Below are positions 1 to 10,960 of a stretch of DNA of 64,000 nt, one piece after another. Under the pieces are notes generated by a model that saw nothing but the letters and a program-made list of their open reading frames with translations, was not told the origin of the DNA and did no database searches. The DNA lies in contig OX597819.1 in the NCBI GenBank assembly GCA_951406725.2, positions 30,008,001 to 30,072,000 of the forward strand. The letters run 5' to 3'. Each line of letters starts with the position of its first letter. Positions within the stretch are counted from its first letter, which is position 1. This stretch comes from Octopus vulgaris (Eukaryota). The translations under genes and the position numbers were made by a program.

Positions 1-48
1 TCTATGGTTCAAACCTTGCAAGATTTATTCAAATAAATACAAAGTAAT

Positions 49-213
49 ACAGTTCTATATTTAAGAGATGAGGAATTATGTACATTACTTACATTTGACG
101 GATATTTGTCCTCATCTTGTTTGCTGTTAACACAACGTTTCAGCTGATATACCCTCCAGCCTTCATCGGGTGTTTTAGGGAAGTTTCGAACCTGGGTTCT
201 CATTCCTAAGCTG

Positions 214-247
<34 letters not shown>

Positions 248-442
248 GTTGTTGTTGTTGTTATTATTATTTAGCTTACTGCCTGGAATAGAACTCAAAA
301 TGTTGGGGTTAGTAGCCCGCGCTCTTAACCACTACGCCATATGCTCGTGATGAAGGCTGGAGGGTATAACAGCCGAAACGTTGTGTTAACAACAAACAAG
401 ATGAGGACAAGTATCCATCAAATGTAAATAATGTAAATAATG
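49..442 (-). mobile_element. tRNA-headed SINE-like element with hammerhead-bearing Penelope-type terminal repeat in inverted arrangement
   Basis: 15-bp TSD TAAATACAAAGTAAT at 34-48 and 443-457. Inverted arms 81-167 and 349-435. Minus-strand tRNA-like head with A box TGGCGTAGTGG (329-339) and B-box-like GAGTTCTATTCC (285-296). (AAT/AAC)n linker at ~217-272. Confidence 0.8.
129..174 (-). ncRNA. minimal type I hammerhead ribozyme-like motif
   Basis: Minus strand reads AACAC-CCGATGA-A-GGCTG(10 nt)CAGCT-GAAA-CG-TT-GTGTT. Stem I AACAC/GTGTT, palindromic AACGTT stem III. The inverted partial copy at 348-385 has TGATGA and GGCTG/CAGCC. Confidence 0.7.
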
Positions 443-1074
443 TAAATACAAAGTAATCTAAATGTTAAGTGCAACTCTAACGTGTTGTATCAAGTTGACA
501 TAATGGAGCTATTGTGGTTGCTTCGACTCGGATTAGCTTTCACTGAGTAAATTTGTCAAAGGCGTTCTAATCGATTTTTTTTATCGGGAATTGTGTACCT
601 AGACCTCTTTTCTCTCCTTAAGTTGGTAGGGCATAATTTGAAGTATTTGACAACCATTTTTATTAGATCGAGCGAACAAGAAGAGGTTCTTTCGTTTGAT
701 CATACTGACGTAAGAATTTTGATAAGCACTTGGAGGGAATCATGTTGAAGTCTCCATTTTAGTCATTGGTTAATAAATTTTATTATAGGAGTAATTTTAT
801 TTTAACTCTACCAGAAATAGTGGATGATCTTGCTGGATTCAGGTTTCGATTTAAGTGAGGAAAGAGGGCGATAATTCCATCCTGTTATACAAACCACCAA
901 AATATTAGTCAGTCTACAACTAAATTATTCCTGTTCTAGTCAGAGCTATTGTATTCTTACATTTTCATATTTAAATGAGCTCAGTAATTTACTCGGGTAT
1001 TGCGTATCTAGAATTACATTTTCTATTCCTGTCGGTAGGATGTGATTTGAGGTGGTTGGCATTTATTTCTCGTA

Positions 1075-1379
1075 TATGTCCTAGTGGTTAGAGCAGCGGA
1101 CTCACGGTCGAGGGATCGCGGGTTCGAATCTCAGACTGGGCGATGTGTGTGTTTATGAGCGAAACACCTAAGCTCCACGCGGCTCCGGCAGAAGGTAATG
1201 GCGAACTTCTGCTGACTCTTTCGCCACAACTTTCTCTCACTCTTTCCTCCTGCATCTTGCAGCTCACCTGCGACGGACCGGCGTCCCGTCCAGGTGGGGA
1301 ACCTATACGCCAAGAAACCGGGAAACCGGCCCTTATGAGCCAGGCATCGTTCGAGAAGGAACAAATATACATATATATA
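1075..1379 (+). mobile_element. tRNA-derived SINE family A, tail type 1
   Basis: A/B boxes (CCTAGTGGTTAG...GGTTCGAATCTC); near-identical to 51489-51790; TSD TATTTCTCGTA at 1064-1074 and 1380-1390. Confidence 0.85.
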
Positions 1380-1969
1380 TATTTCTCGTACATGACAACA
1401 TCAGTGCAAAGCAGAAACTTCGAGGACCTACGAAATTTAAACGGCCATTCCGTTATATACTGAAATCATGAAGACCAAACTACCAAAGTTGACACTTTGT
1501 TACGGATATTGAAAGATATGCTCAAAAAAAAAAGACCATAACTATCATTCGCGTATGGCCTAGTAACATGTACCATGCTTTCGCAAATTGTGTTAGGTTC
1601 CTATGCAAGCACTAAAAGACATTGACGCCCTCTCGGCCCTCTTACCCCTGACCCATCGGAGCATGAGAAATTGGAGCAATGTGAAATAAAATGCCTTACT
1701 CAAAAGACGAAACGCACAGTCCGTTCCACAACATTAAGATCAGGAGCAAAGCACTCTAACCACTGAGACATGTATCTTCGTATTAGGCGAAGGATATGCA
1801 TTTTCGTCTAAATAAAGACGAATTTCACAAACACCAAGTTGTTTTTATGCTAATAGACATAGTGACTCGATAAAAGGAGCCAATTGTATCACTGATGAAT
1901 CTCAGCATATTTTCCAGCAATCGAAACTTTTCTACTCTATGAATAATGTATCATTTTATACATACTAGA

Positions 1970-2445
1970 GGATCTTTTCGGTTTGAACGGCAGTTTTTTC
2001 TAGCGGTGTCATATGAAATTGTCACCCATAATTATAACCCTAGTATCGATCTATTGCATTTCAATCTGTATTAGGGTTAGGGTTAGAGTTAGGGTTAGGG
2101 TTAGAGTTAGGGTTAGTTAGGGTTAGGGTTAGGGACAGAGTTAGGGGTGGGGGGAAGGGTATCTTTTTTTCTTCAGAAATGTAAATAAACCCAATCTGTT
2201 TCTTAAACGAGGGACATTTTCATACGGCACAGAATGTTTTCACCTCAATAGATGTCATTGATTGGTTGAAATTGCAGAAATTGAAGAAAAAACAACAACA
2301 AATATCTTACATACTATAGATTTTTCTCAATAAAGCCAAGAGAAAAAGATGTTTTATAAACACATTCTACCAGTATACGAAGTTTAAAAGTGTTTAGTTA
2401 CGTGGAAATTATTTTAAAAAACTGACGTTCAAACCGAAAAGATCC
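1970..2445. mobile_element. MITE with GGATC termini and internal (TTAGGG)n tract, full-length copy
   Basis: TIR GGATCTTTTCGGTTTGAACGGCAGTTTT / AAAACTGACGTTCAAACCGAAAAGATCC. 8-bp TSD ATACTAGA / ATGCTAGA (1 mismatch). TTAGGG/TTAGAG array at 2071-2147. Confidence 0.88.
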
Positions 2446-3892
2446 ATGCTAGACATTTATATTATAAAAAAAAAGAGGAGATAGCGTAAAATTTAGCTAT
2501 TTGTAATTTTCAGCGATTTTTTCTTCTTTTATCGAACCCGCTCGAACTCACTATCATAAAATAACGTATTTCATCGAGAATAGAACGTTAGAAGGAACGT
2601 TGCTTCATGCGCAATTTGAACGTTGTTCTCACTTTTCGAAACCAGCTCCAAGAGATACCGGCCATTCCATGAGCCTAACAATCATAGCATATCTTAATCT
2701 CGCGGTGCGTTTTCGTACCCTATATCCATTTCTGTACATTGTTTTTGCGCTAGTATTTTCTGCTTTATTTTTATTGTTTCACAGATCTGTGATAAATTAT
2801 GTTTACACAAAGATCACCGACTCGTTTTCCACTCACTCATCCATCATATAATCCTTTGCTTTTGTTTTTTTGTTTGTTTTTTGTTGTTGTTGCTTGTTTT
2901 TTTTTTTTGGTTATATTTTCTGCTTCCTGTTTCTGGAGATTGGGCTCCAAATTTTTCTATCATAATCTCCTGACATCAGTATTTTTGTCCGAAAGTGCAA
3001 ACATAAATGTGTGTGTGTGTGCGTGTACATGTGTGTGTTTGTGTGTGTATGTGTGTATGTGTGGGTATGCGTGTGCATGTGTGTGCGTGAAAGGAAAATT
3101 TTGATGTTAGCATTAACCCTATCTTACGCAGTCTCTTAAGATTGTCAAGTGTTCTACCGAAAAACGTAAAGGAACATGACATATCTATATCTATCATCAT
3201 TAGCTGGGGAACTCTGATTATAACTAACATTGATCGATTCGTCCTTTCTAACCATCTACTCATGGAGTCATCGATTTCTCATTCCGATACGACACTCCAA
3301 ATTATTTATTGGCACTAAATTTACACCCTTTCTATATACAAATATTTGAATGTTTTTTTTTTTCCTTAAATCAATTTATCAATATTAGTGTCAGTATGAA
3401 TATATTGTACTCACACTCATATATTTCATACACAAACTGAAACGAATGTAGATAGATAGATAGATTAGAATGTGTTTGAAAAGCACTAAATTGAATTATG
3501 TATATCCATAAACGGATATATGCATGCATATAATATGCGTGGTTGTGCGTGTGTATGTAGATAATTTCTGTTCTTTTGTGTACAAGGCATTCTATGCATC
3601 TCGTTCTACGAATATGCTGAAAATGCATTCGTATGTAATTGTGTCAACCAACAGTCGGATGCATTTGTGTATGCATATGCACATATACGATATATTTCTG
3701 TGCATTTATTTCTCTTTGCCATTAAATACGTTGTATATGAGTGTGTGTTTGTATATATGTATGTAAAGACACCTATGTATGAATGTATTGTACGTATGTA
3801 TCCATCTATCTATTGTCTATCTATCATCTATCTATCTACCTATTATTTTTCTTTCTCCCTCTTTCTTTTTCTACATATGTATACTCAAATAC

Positions 3893-3911
3893 ACACACAC
3901 AGACACACATA

Positions 3912-3976
<65 letters not shown>

Positions 3977-4078
3977 GTATATAAATATACTGTGTATATA
4001 AATATATATATATACCCGTATATATATATGTATATATATATATATACACGTATATATATGTATGTATTTAAATATGTG

Positions 4079-4146
<68 letters not shown>

Positions 4147-4170
4147 TAGCTAGCTAGCTAGCTAGCTAGC

Positions 4171-4244
<74 letters not shown>

Positions 4245-4245
4245 T
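3893..4245. repeat. compound microsatellite (CA)(TA)(GA)(GACA)(GCTA)(GATA)
   Basis: Directly visible; representative of dozens of similar tracts across the window. Confidence 0.95.
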
Positions 4246-4666
4246 CTGTGTGTGTTAGTATGCAGGAAGTGAGAGAAAACAAGACAGACTGAAGATAAGT
4301 TTCACGTGATTGACTGTGTTCACATGATTATAAATAACAAAGTATAGAGAAAATTAAAATAAACGTCAATATAAGAGGTCGATTCCTGATCTGTCATTTC
4401 AGATTCGTTCAGAAAAACTTTTTGTTTCTCAAATCTATCTCTATGATTACGGTCTTGCTAATGTATTTAGACAGCTGTAAGAATGGTCATATACGAGCAT
4501 AAGCACTTATATTGGTATAGTTACTTTTACTTTAGCATACTTATAGTAACTTTGTTTATACGCATTTGCGTACTCATGTATGTGAGAGTGAGAGTTTATG
4601 TAAACGCACACACACACACACATGGTTCGTTAAGTACCAATGGACGAAACTTAATAATAAAAATAA

Positions 4667-5090
4667 GGCGCAGTCGTGGCACATCGTAACAAGTTCATTT
4701 CTCAACCACATGGTTTTGAGTTCAGTCCCATTGCGTGGCACCTTGGACAAATGTATTCTACTATAGTCTTGGGCCTACAAGATTCCCTCACGAAGCACTG
4801 GGAGGGAATTTGGTAGACGGAAACTGAGAGAAACCATTCGAATGTGTGCGTGTGTGTTTGTGTGTGTGTGTGTGTGTGTGTACGTATGTATGTATATATC
4901 TATGTGTTTGTGACTTTGTGTTTGTGCTTGGTCCACCAACACCAACATCGCTTGACAACCAGTTTTGATTTACTTAAAACCAGGCTTTAAAAGAATACTA
5001 ATCGCTGGTTTCAACTTGTTCGAGTAAATACTTCAAGACGTTGCCCCAGTATGGCCACAATCAAATGACTAAAGCAAGTAAAATAAAGAG
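4667..5090 (+). mobile_element. tRNA-derived SINE family B, diverged copy
   Basis: Homologous to 9607-10030 (GTTCAGTCCCA...CACCTTGG, GGTAGACGGAAACTGA, CAAATGACT tail). Confidence 0.75.
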
Positions 5091-5123
5091 TTTTGCTTTT
5101 CTGTCTGTATCACCAAACACACA

Positions 5124-5130
5124 CACACAC

Positions 5131-5172
<42 letters not shown>

Positions 5173-5278
5173 TATATGGGGCTTTTACATGCCGAAATCT
5201 ACTTGGTGAATTTAATGATTATTCCAAATTAATTAATTTCACCCTATATTATTACTGATATATACTGATATATATATA

Positions 5279-5324
<46 letters not shown>

Positions 5325-5351
5325 TTCATCATACACACCCTCTAAATGTAT

Positions 5352-5413
<62 letters not shown>

Positions 5414-5455
5414 CATACATATACATACATACACACACACACATACACACACACA

Positions 5456-5540
<85 letters not shown>

Positions 5541-5541
5541 G
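5124..5541. repeat. (CA)n/(TA)n microsatellite cluster
   Basis: Directly visible. Confidence 0.95.
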
Positions 5542-5686
5542 TTTATATCATAATGAAAAGAAGACAAGAGATATTCCTTAACCCATCTTGAATTATAAGT
5601 TACAGTTGTTTCCGTACCCTCTCAATTTGCAACGCCAGTTTACGAGAAAATTCTAAATGAAAAATCACGTAATATTTGCGGTTTTA

Positions 5687-5900
5687 AAGGCGGCGAGCTG
5701 GCAGAAACGTTAGTACAACGGGTGAAATTCTTGGTATTTTGTCTGTCTTTTCGTTCTGAGTTCAAATTCCGCCGAGGTCGACTTTGCCTTTCATCCTTTC
5801 GGGGTCGAAAAATTAAGTACCAGTTGCGTACTGGGGTCGATCTAATCGACTGGCCTTCTTCACGAGAATTTCGGGCCTTGTACCTAGAGTAGAAAAGAAT
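5687..5900 (+). mobile_element. SINE family C
   Basis: AAGGCGGCGAGCTGGCAGAA head, GAGTTCAAATTCC B-box-like motif, GGTCGACTTTGCCTTTCATCCTTTCGGGGTCGA body; many copies in the window. Confidence 0.8.
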
Positions 5901-6368
5901 AATTATTTTCTCTAATGAGTTTGTATATGTATATGTTTGTGTAGGTGTGTGTGATTGTAAGAATTATTTTTAACAAAACTGTTAGAATATGGATGGTAAA
6001 TCAAATTAATACACTTACTTATCAATGTTATCTAGTGATTGTCTTTTGAGATCGATCATCATTTGTTACTGAAAGAACGCTGGTTCACGCATACATTCAC
6101 ATACTTCCCTTGTACGCGCATACATACACACACACATACTCAGAGTTGAAATGCTGTTTGATTTTTCTTTTCGGCGTTGAATGTTCACTATCCCACTTCC
6201 ATTGCACACACACACTCACACACACATACACACACACACACATTCACATACCTTCCATATACCATACACGTATACTCACACAGAGATGAAACGCTGTTTG
6301 ATTTTTTTCACCGTAGAATTTCCATTATCCCACCACCAAGTTTGCCATCACCCCTTCCTTCCTTATTC

Positions 6369-6615
6369 ATCTGTTTCTTAAACGAGGGACATTTTCATAC
6401 GGCACAGAATGTTTTCACCTCAATAGACGTCATTGATTGGTTGAAATTGCAGAAATTGAAGAAAAAACAACACATATCTTACAAACTATAGAATTTTCTC
6501 AATAAAGCCAAGAGGAAAATGTTTTATAAACACATTCTACCAGTATACGAAGTTTAAAAGTGTTTAGTTACGTGGAAATTATTTTAAAAAACTGCCGGTC
6601 AAGCCGAAAAGATCC
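6369..6615. mobile_element. TTAGGG-MITE, right half
   Basis: Matches ~2194-2445 including the right TIR ending AAAAGATCC. Confidence 0.85.
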
Positions 6616-6865
6616 AGTACCAGTTGAGCACTAGGGTTGGTGGGGTCAATGTAATCGACTTGCACCCCTCTCCTGAACTTGCAAGCCTTGTGCCAAAATT
6701 TGAAGGCAATAATTTTCTTTATGTTAAGGCGACGTGCTGGCAAAATCGTTAGCACGTCCCGCAAAATACTTCGTGGTGTTTTGTCCATCTGTCCCTACGT
6801 TCTGAGTTCAAGTTCCACCAAGGTCGACTTTGCATTTTATCTTTTCAGGTCAATAAAATGAGTAA
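6616..6865 (+). mobile_element. SINE family C fragments (3' part followed by a second 5' part)
   Basis: AGTACCAGTTGAGCACT...ATCGAC followed by AAGGCGACGTGCTGGC...GGTCGACTTTGC. Confidence 0.7.
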
Positions 6866-7386
6866 CAGTCACGTAAACTTAAACTTTTTGTTACTTTGGT
6901 AGATTCTTAGTTTCATGCGTATATCCCTACCAATATCATCAATGTAGTTGACTGGTCTTCGTTCTTTATTCAGGGTGCGCAAGTTTCAAATAAATAGCAT
7001 CCAATATGGTATGTGACTAAGTGTTCAGCGTGACAGCTGTTGCCAGCGAATCAAAAATCTACTCTGCGTTGAGCAAGAATAATAGAGATGGGCGAAATGT
7101 GTCCGTAATTTTTTCACTTTATCCCTGTATTCTTTGCTCTTTGCTCTTTGCCTTATATACGTAAAATTTAGGCAAGCGTCTTATTCATAGTCCAGATTTT
7201 GTCTTACTAGCGAAGAACGTTCTTTGTACATACCCTGAAGAAGACCAGCCCGCTCACTTTGAAATACTTGATTGCCAAATATTTTGAAGCTTGTTTTATA
7301 GTAAATGTATATATTCTGATTACAAACTCTACATTTCTGTATCGAGATTGAATAATATTATATATGAATATTATCTACATATGCAA

Positions 7387-7773
7387 TATCGATCTATTGC
7401 ATTTCAATCTGTTTTAGGGTTAGGGTTAGTTAGGGTTAGTTAGGGTTAGTTAGAGTTAAGGTTAGGGTTAGGGGCGGAGGGAAGGGTATCTTTTTTCTTC
7501 AGAAATGTAAATAAACCTAATCTGTTTCTTAAACGAAGGACATATTCATACGGCACAGAATGTTTTTTACCTCAATACACGTCAGTGATTGGTTGAAATT
7601 GCAGAAATTGAAGAAAAAACAACAACTTATATATCTTACAAACTATAGAATTTTCTCAATAAAGCCAAGAGAAAAAGATGTTTTATAAACACATTCTACC
7701 AGTATACGAAGTTAAAATTTTTTTAGTTACCTAGAAATTATGTTAAAAACTGCCGTTCAAACTGAAAAGATCC
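7387..7773. mobile_element. TTAGGG-MITE lacking left TIR
   Basis: Matches ~2044-2445; TTAGGG tract at ~7414-7473; right TIR intact. Confidence 0.85.
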
Positions 7774-8810
7774 GATATCTGCTATCTTTTCTCGTCAATT
7801 TAGGGTTGTGTAAACGTTTTACTTTTATAAACTAAGAGAACTAGAGCGCCATACATCGTATGTGGAATACAGTTAATTCCATGGTCATTTAGCCATTCGC
7901 TGATAGTTTGTGCAACTATTCTTTAATATAGCCAATCATCACACCCAAATTTATTCATAACAACTAACCCCCATTAAAAGTTATACATTAATTCTTTTAT
8001 TCTTTTATTCTTTTACTTATTTTAGTCATTTGGCTGCGGCCATGCTGGAGCACCGTATTTTCTTTTTTTTATATCAGATACAACGTTTCCCTCACATCTT
8101 TCTTTAAGACTTATAGATACGATTGGAGGAAGATTCGAAAGAATTTTTCACAGATAAAGCGACCGATTAGAGGCTCCTTCATTGATTCGTCGTCTTCACT
8201 GTAAATTCGGGTGGCCGAAAAGGATCTCGTGTTGTATGTAACTGCCCATGGATACAATTAGAATAATATATTCATAAGAATAATTATGTAATAACGAAAT
8301 GTACATAAAGACGCACTCAATAATATGAAGCCTACACAAGATGATGTAAGATGGTTGCCGTCATACGTTGTGCACTTTGCTACTCTGCTGAATTTCAGAA
8401 TTCCTAAAAAGTGGATTACTTCCCTATAAAATCTTAGAAATCCTAAAAATTAGGTTACTTCCTTATAAAATATGGTTTCAACTTTGGGGTCTGGATGCTT
8501 TATTAGATGTGAAAACAAATTAAGACCAGGTCATATCATGAGACTGCAAAAACCCAGTTAAGGAAACCTTTGCCATTTAAGGTGGGTGTACAGTAACTTC
8601 CCAGTACACTCAGAATATACGCTCATGATGTTATACATGCATTCATATATACATATGTAAGTACATAGATGCATGTATACATACATCTACGTATGTACGC
8701 ATGAACGTATGTACGAATGTATCTGTAAAAATCGTGTGTACTGAAATGTATCAATATAAATGCATATATACATATATAAATATATGTATATACGTATAAG
8801 TGTGTGTATG

Positions 8811-8862
<52 letters not shown>

Positions 8863-8863
<1 letters not shown>

Positions 8864-9075
8864 GATGGGGTGCTGAAAAGTTCCTGACTTTATAGGTATT
8901 GCGAAAGGACTGGTTGTAGGTTCAACCTTCCGAGTTATTTCACGGGTCTTACAAGACTGAAGGACTGCTGCAATAAGTGTGTGAATCTGAGATGGGAATA
9001 TATGAAATAAAATCATAATTAATTGATCCTGGATTTTCTTTAACCCAAAGCCAAGAACTTTTGAACAACCTCTCG
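8863..9075. mobile_element. mariner-type MITE / internal deletion derivative
   Basis: Imperfect TIR CGATGGGGTGCTGAAAAGTTCCTGACTTT / AAAGCCAAGAACTTTTGAACAACCTCTCG; sits in a TA microsatellite. Confidence 0.7.
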
Positions 9076-9089
9076 TGTGTATACATACA

Positions 9090-9159
<70 letters not shown>

Positions 9160-9211
9160 TATATATATATATAGATATACATATATGTGTGTATATGTAT
9201 GTCTATGTGCA

Positions 9212-9264
<53 letters not shown>

Positions 9265-9606
9265 GCTCACATACACACAGTTACGCATACACACACACAC
9301 ACACACATCCAATGCATGAGAAATATACCGATTAACTGGAAATACACTTAATCAAGACGGCAGTACTTGTCACCAGTGTAGCACCGGGGCCATATTAAAG
9401 AATTTCACAGCCTCAATCCACCTATCTATAAACAGACACCATGCATAAGTTTAGCTTCCAATCTTTCCCGGTGAGAATACTATGTAATCAATTTATACAG
9501 TGTGTTCTAGAAGTTCAGGTTATCATCACTGGTTGTTCATCAGGAAGAACCCTATCACTCTCCTAGAAACACATATCCAAATAGGACGTGTAGAAATTCA
9601 GTATTA

Positions 9607-9765
9607 GGCGCAGGAGTGGCTGTGTGGTAAGTAGCTTGCTTACCAACCACATGGTTCCGGGTTCAGTCCCACTGCGTGACACCTTGGGCAAGTGTCTGTT
9701 GCTATAGCCTCGGACCGACCAAAGCCTTGTGGGTAGATTTGGTAGACGGAAACTGAAAGCCCGTC

Positions 9766-9819
<54 letters not shown>

Positions 9820-10030
9820 TTGTATGCATATGTTTGTGTGTCTGTGTTTGTCCCCCCAATATCGCTTGACAACCGATGCTGGTGTGTTTATGTCCCCGTC
9901 ACTTAGCGGTTTGCCAAAAGAGGACGATAGAATAAGTACTAGGCTTACAAAGAATAAGTCCTGGGGTCGATTTGCTCGACTAAGGGCGATGCTCCAGCAT
10001 GGCCGCAGTCAAATGACTGAAACAAATAAA
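9607..10030 (+). mobile_element. tRNA-derived SINE family B with internal (TA)n
   Basis: A box TGGCTGTGTGG, B box GGTTCAGTCCC, CORE-like GACACCTTGGGCAAGTG, internal microsatellite, conserved tail; near-identical copies at 32719-33123 and 56239-56617. Confidence 0.88.
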
Positions 10031-10915
10031 ATAATATTAGTAGTATTAAGTTTAAATTACTCTAACTGGATCATATTTCTATGTATCTTTGAATATACTC
10101 ATATATACGCATACATGCACACATATATATTTGCATATATACCGAGGTAGATTAATACGCATTCATACATACATACATTCATACATACATAATCTTGAAT
10201 GTGTACATAATTATATGCATACATATATATGCATTTATGTAATCATATGTATATATATACACATATTCATGAATGTATTAAATATAATGCATATGACTGT
10301 GTCTATATGCACATACATTCACGTTAATAGTACAAAAATACAGATATGCAACAACGTAAACGTATATTTGAATGAATATAGTTTTCACCTCCGAATACTT
10401 ATAAATACAAATATTCATATGAAATTATAAGCTAGCTTCAATGTTGCGAAGTATGGGAAACAAAAGAAATGTTTTTCTATAATTTAAGTGTATAAAGAGA
10501 CAAATGGAAAAGAAAACTACCCACAGAAAAATAAGCAACAATATTATTTTTATCCACTATGGACACAAACGCATATCGTTTTTTTATCATTTGTATTTAT
10601 AAGGAAGACTCGATATTGCATTTTCAATTATTTTTCTTTTGTTTGTTTGTTTTGGGGGTTTTTTGTTTGTTTGTTTGTTTGCTTTTTTTTGGTTGAAAAT
10701 TGCTTTTACGCTTCTTATATTTTGACTTTGATAGTTTTCCAGGCTTTTATGTGAAGTTCACGTGCAGTTTTGCTTTCAGCAACTCATGGTTTTTCATGTA
10801 TAAAAGACAGCAAACTCTCACTTTGAACCAAACTTTGAAGCCCCAAGAATGTGCATAACAAAATCTTTACACACAGAGATACATAAGAGTGTGTATGTAT
10901 ATACATACATATCTG

Positions 10916-10960
<45 letters not shown>

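Noticed and set aside
274-346. Functional tRNA gene (also the heads of SINE families A and B)
   Set aside because: No intact acceptor stem, and the sequences continue into SINE bodies.
1143-1463. Recurrent ORFs such as MCVFMSETPKL (also 51567) and MVVIPAVLFHH (25018, 39530, 55871)
   Set aside because: They lie wholly within SINE copies; recurrence reflects the repeat, not a protein family.
2071-2147. Chromosome end or telomere fusion site
   Set aside because: The tract is short, degenerate and inside a TIR element present several times; there is no head-to-head TTAGGG/CCCTAA array.
3667-4099. Many ORFs rich in YI, CV, HT or LSIY repeats throughout the ORF track
   Set aside because: They are translations of (TA)n, (TG)n, (CA)n and (TATC)n microsatellites, which lack stop codons in some frames.
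7233-7270. CTGAAGA...GAAA possible hammerhead
   Set aside because: No convincing stems I and III or UH site, so it was not counted.
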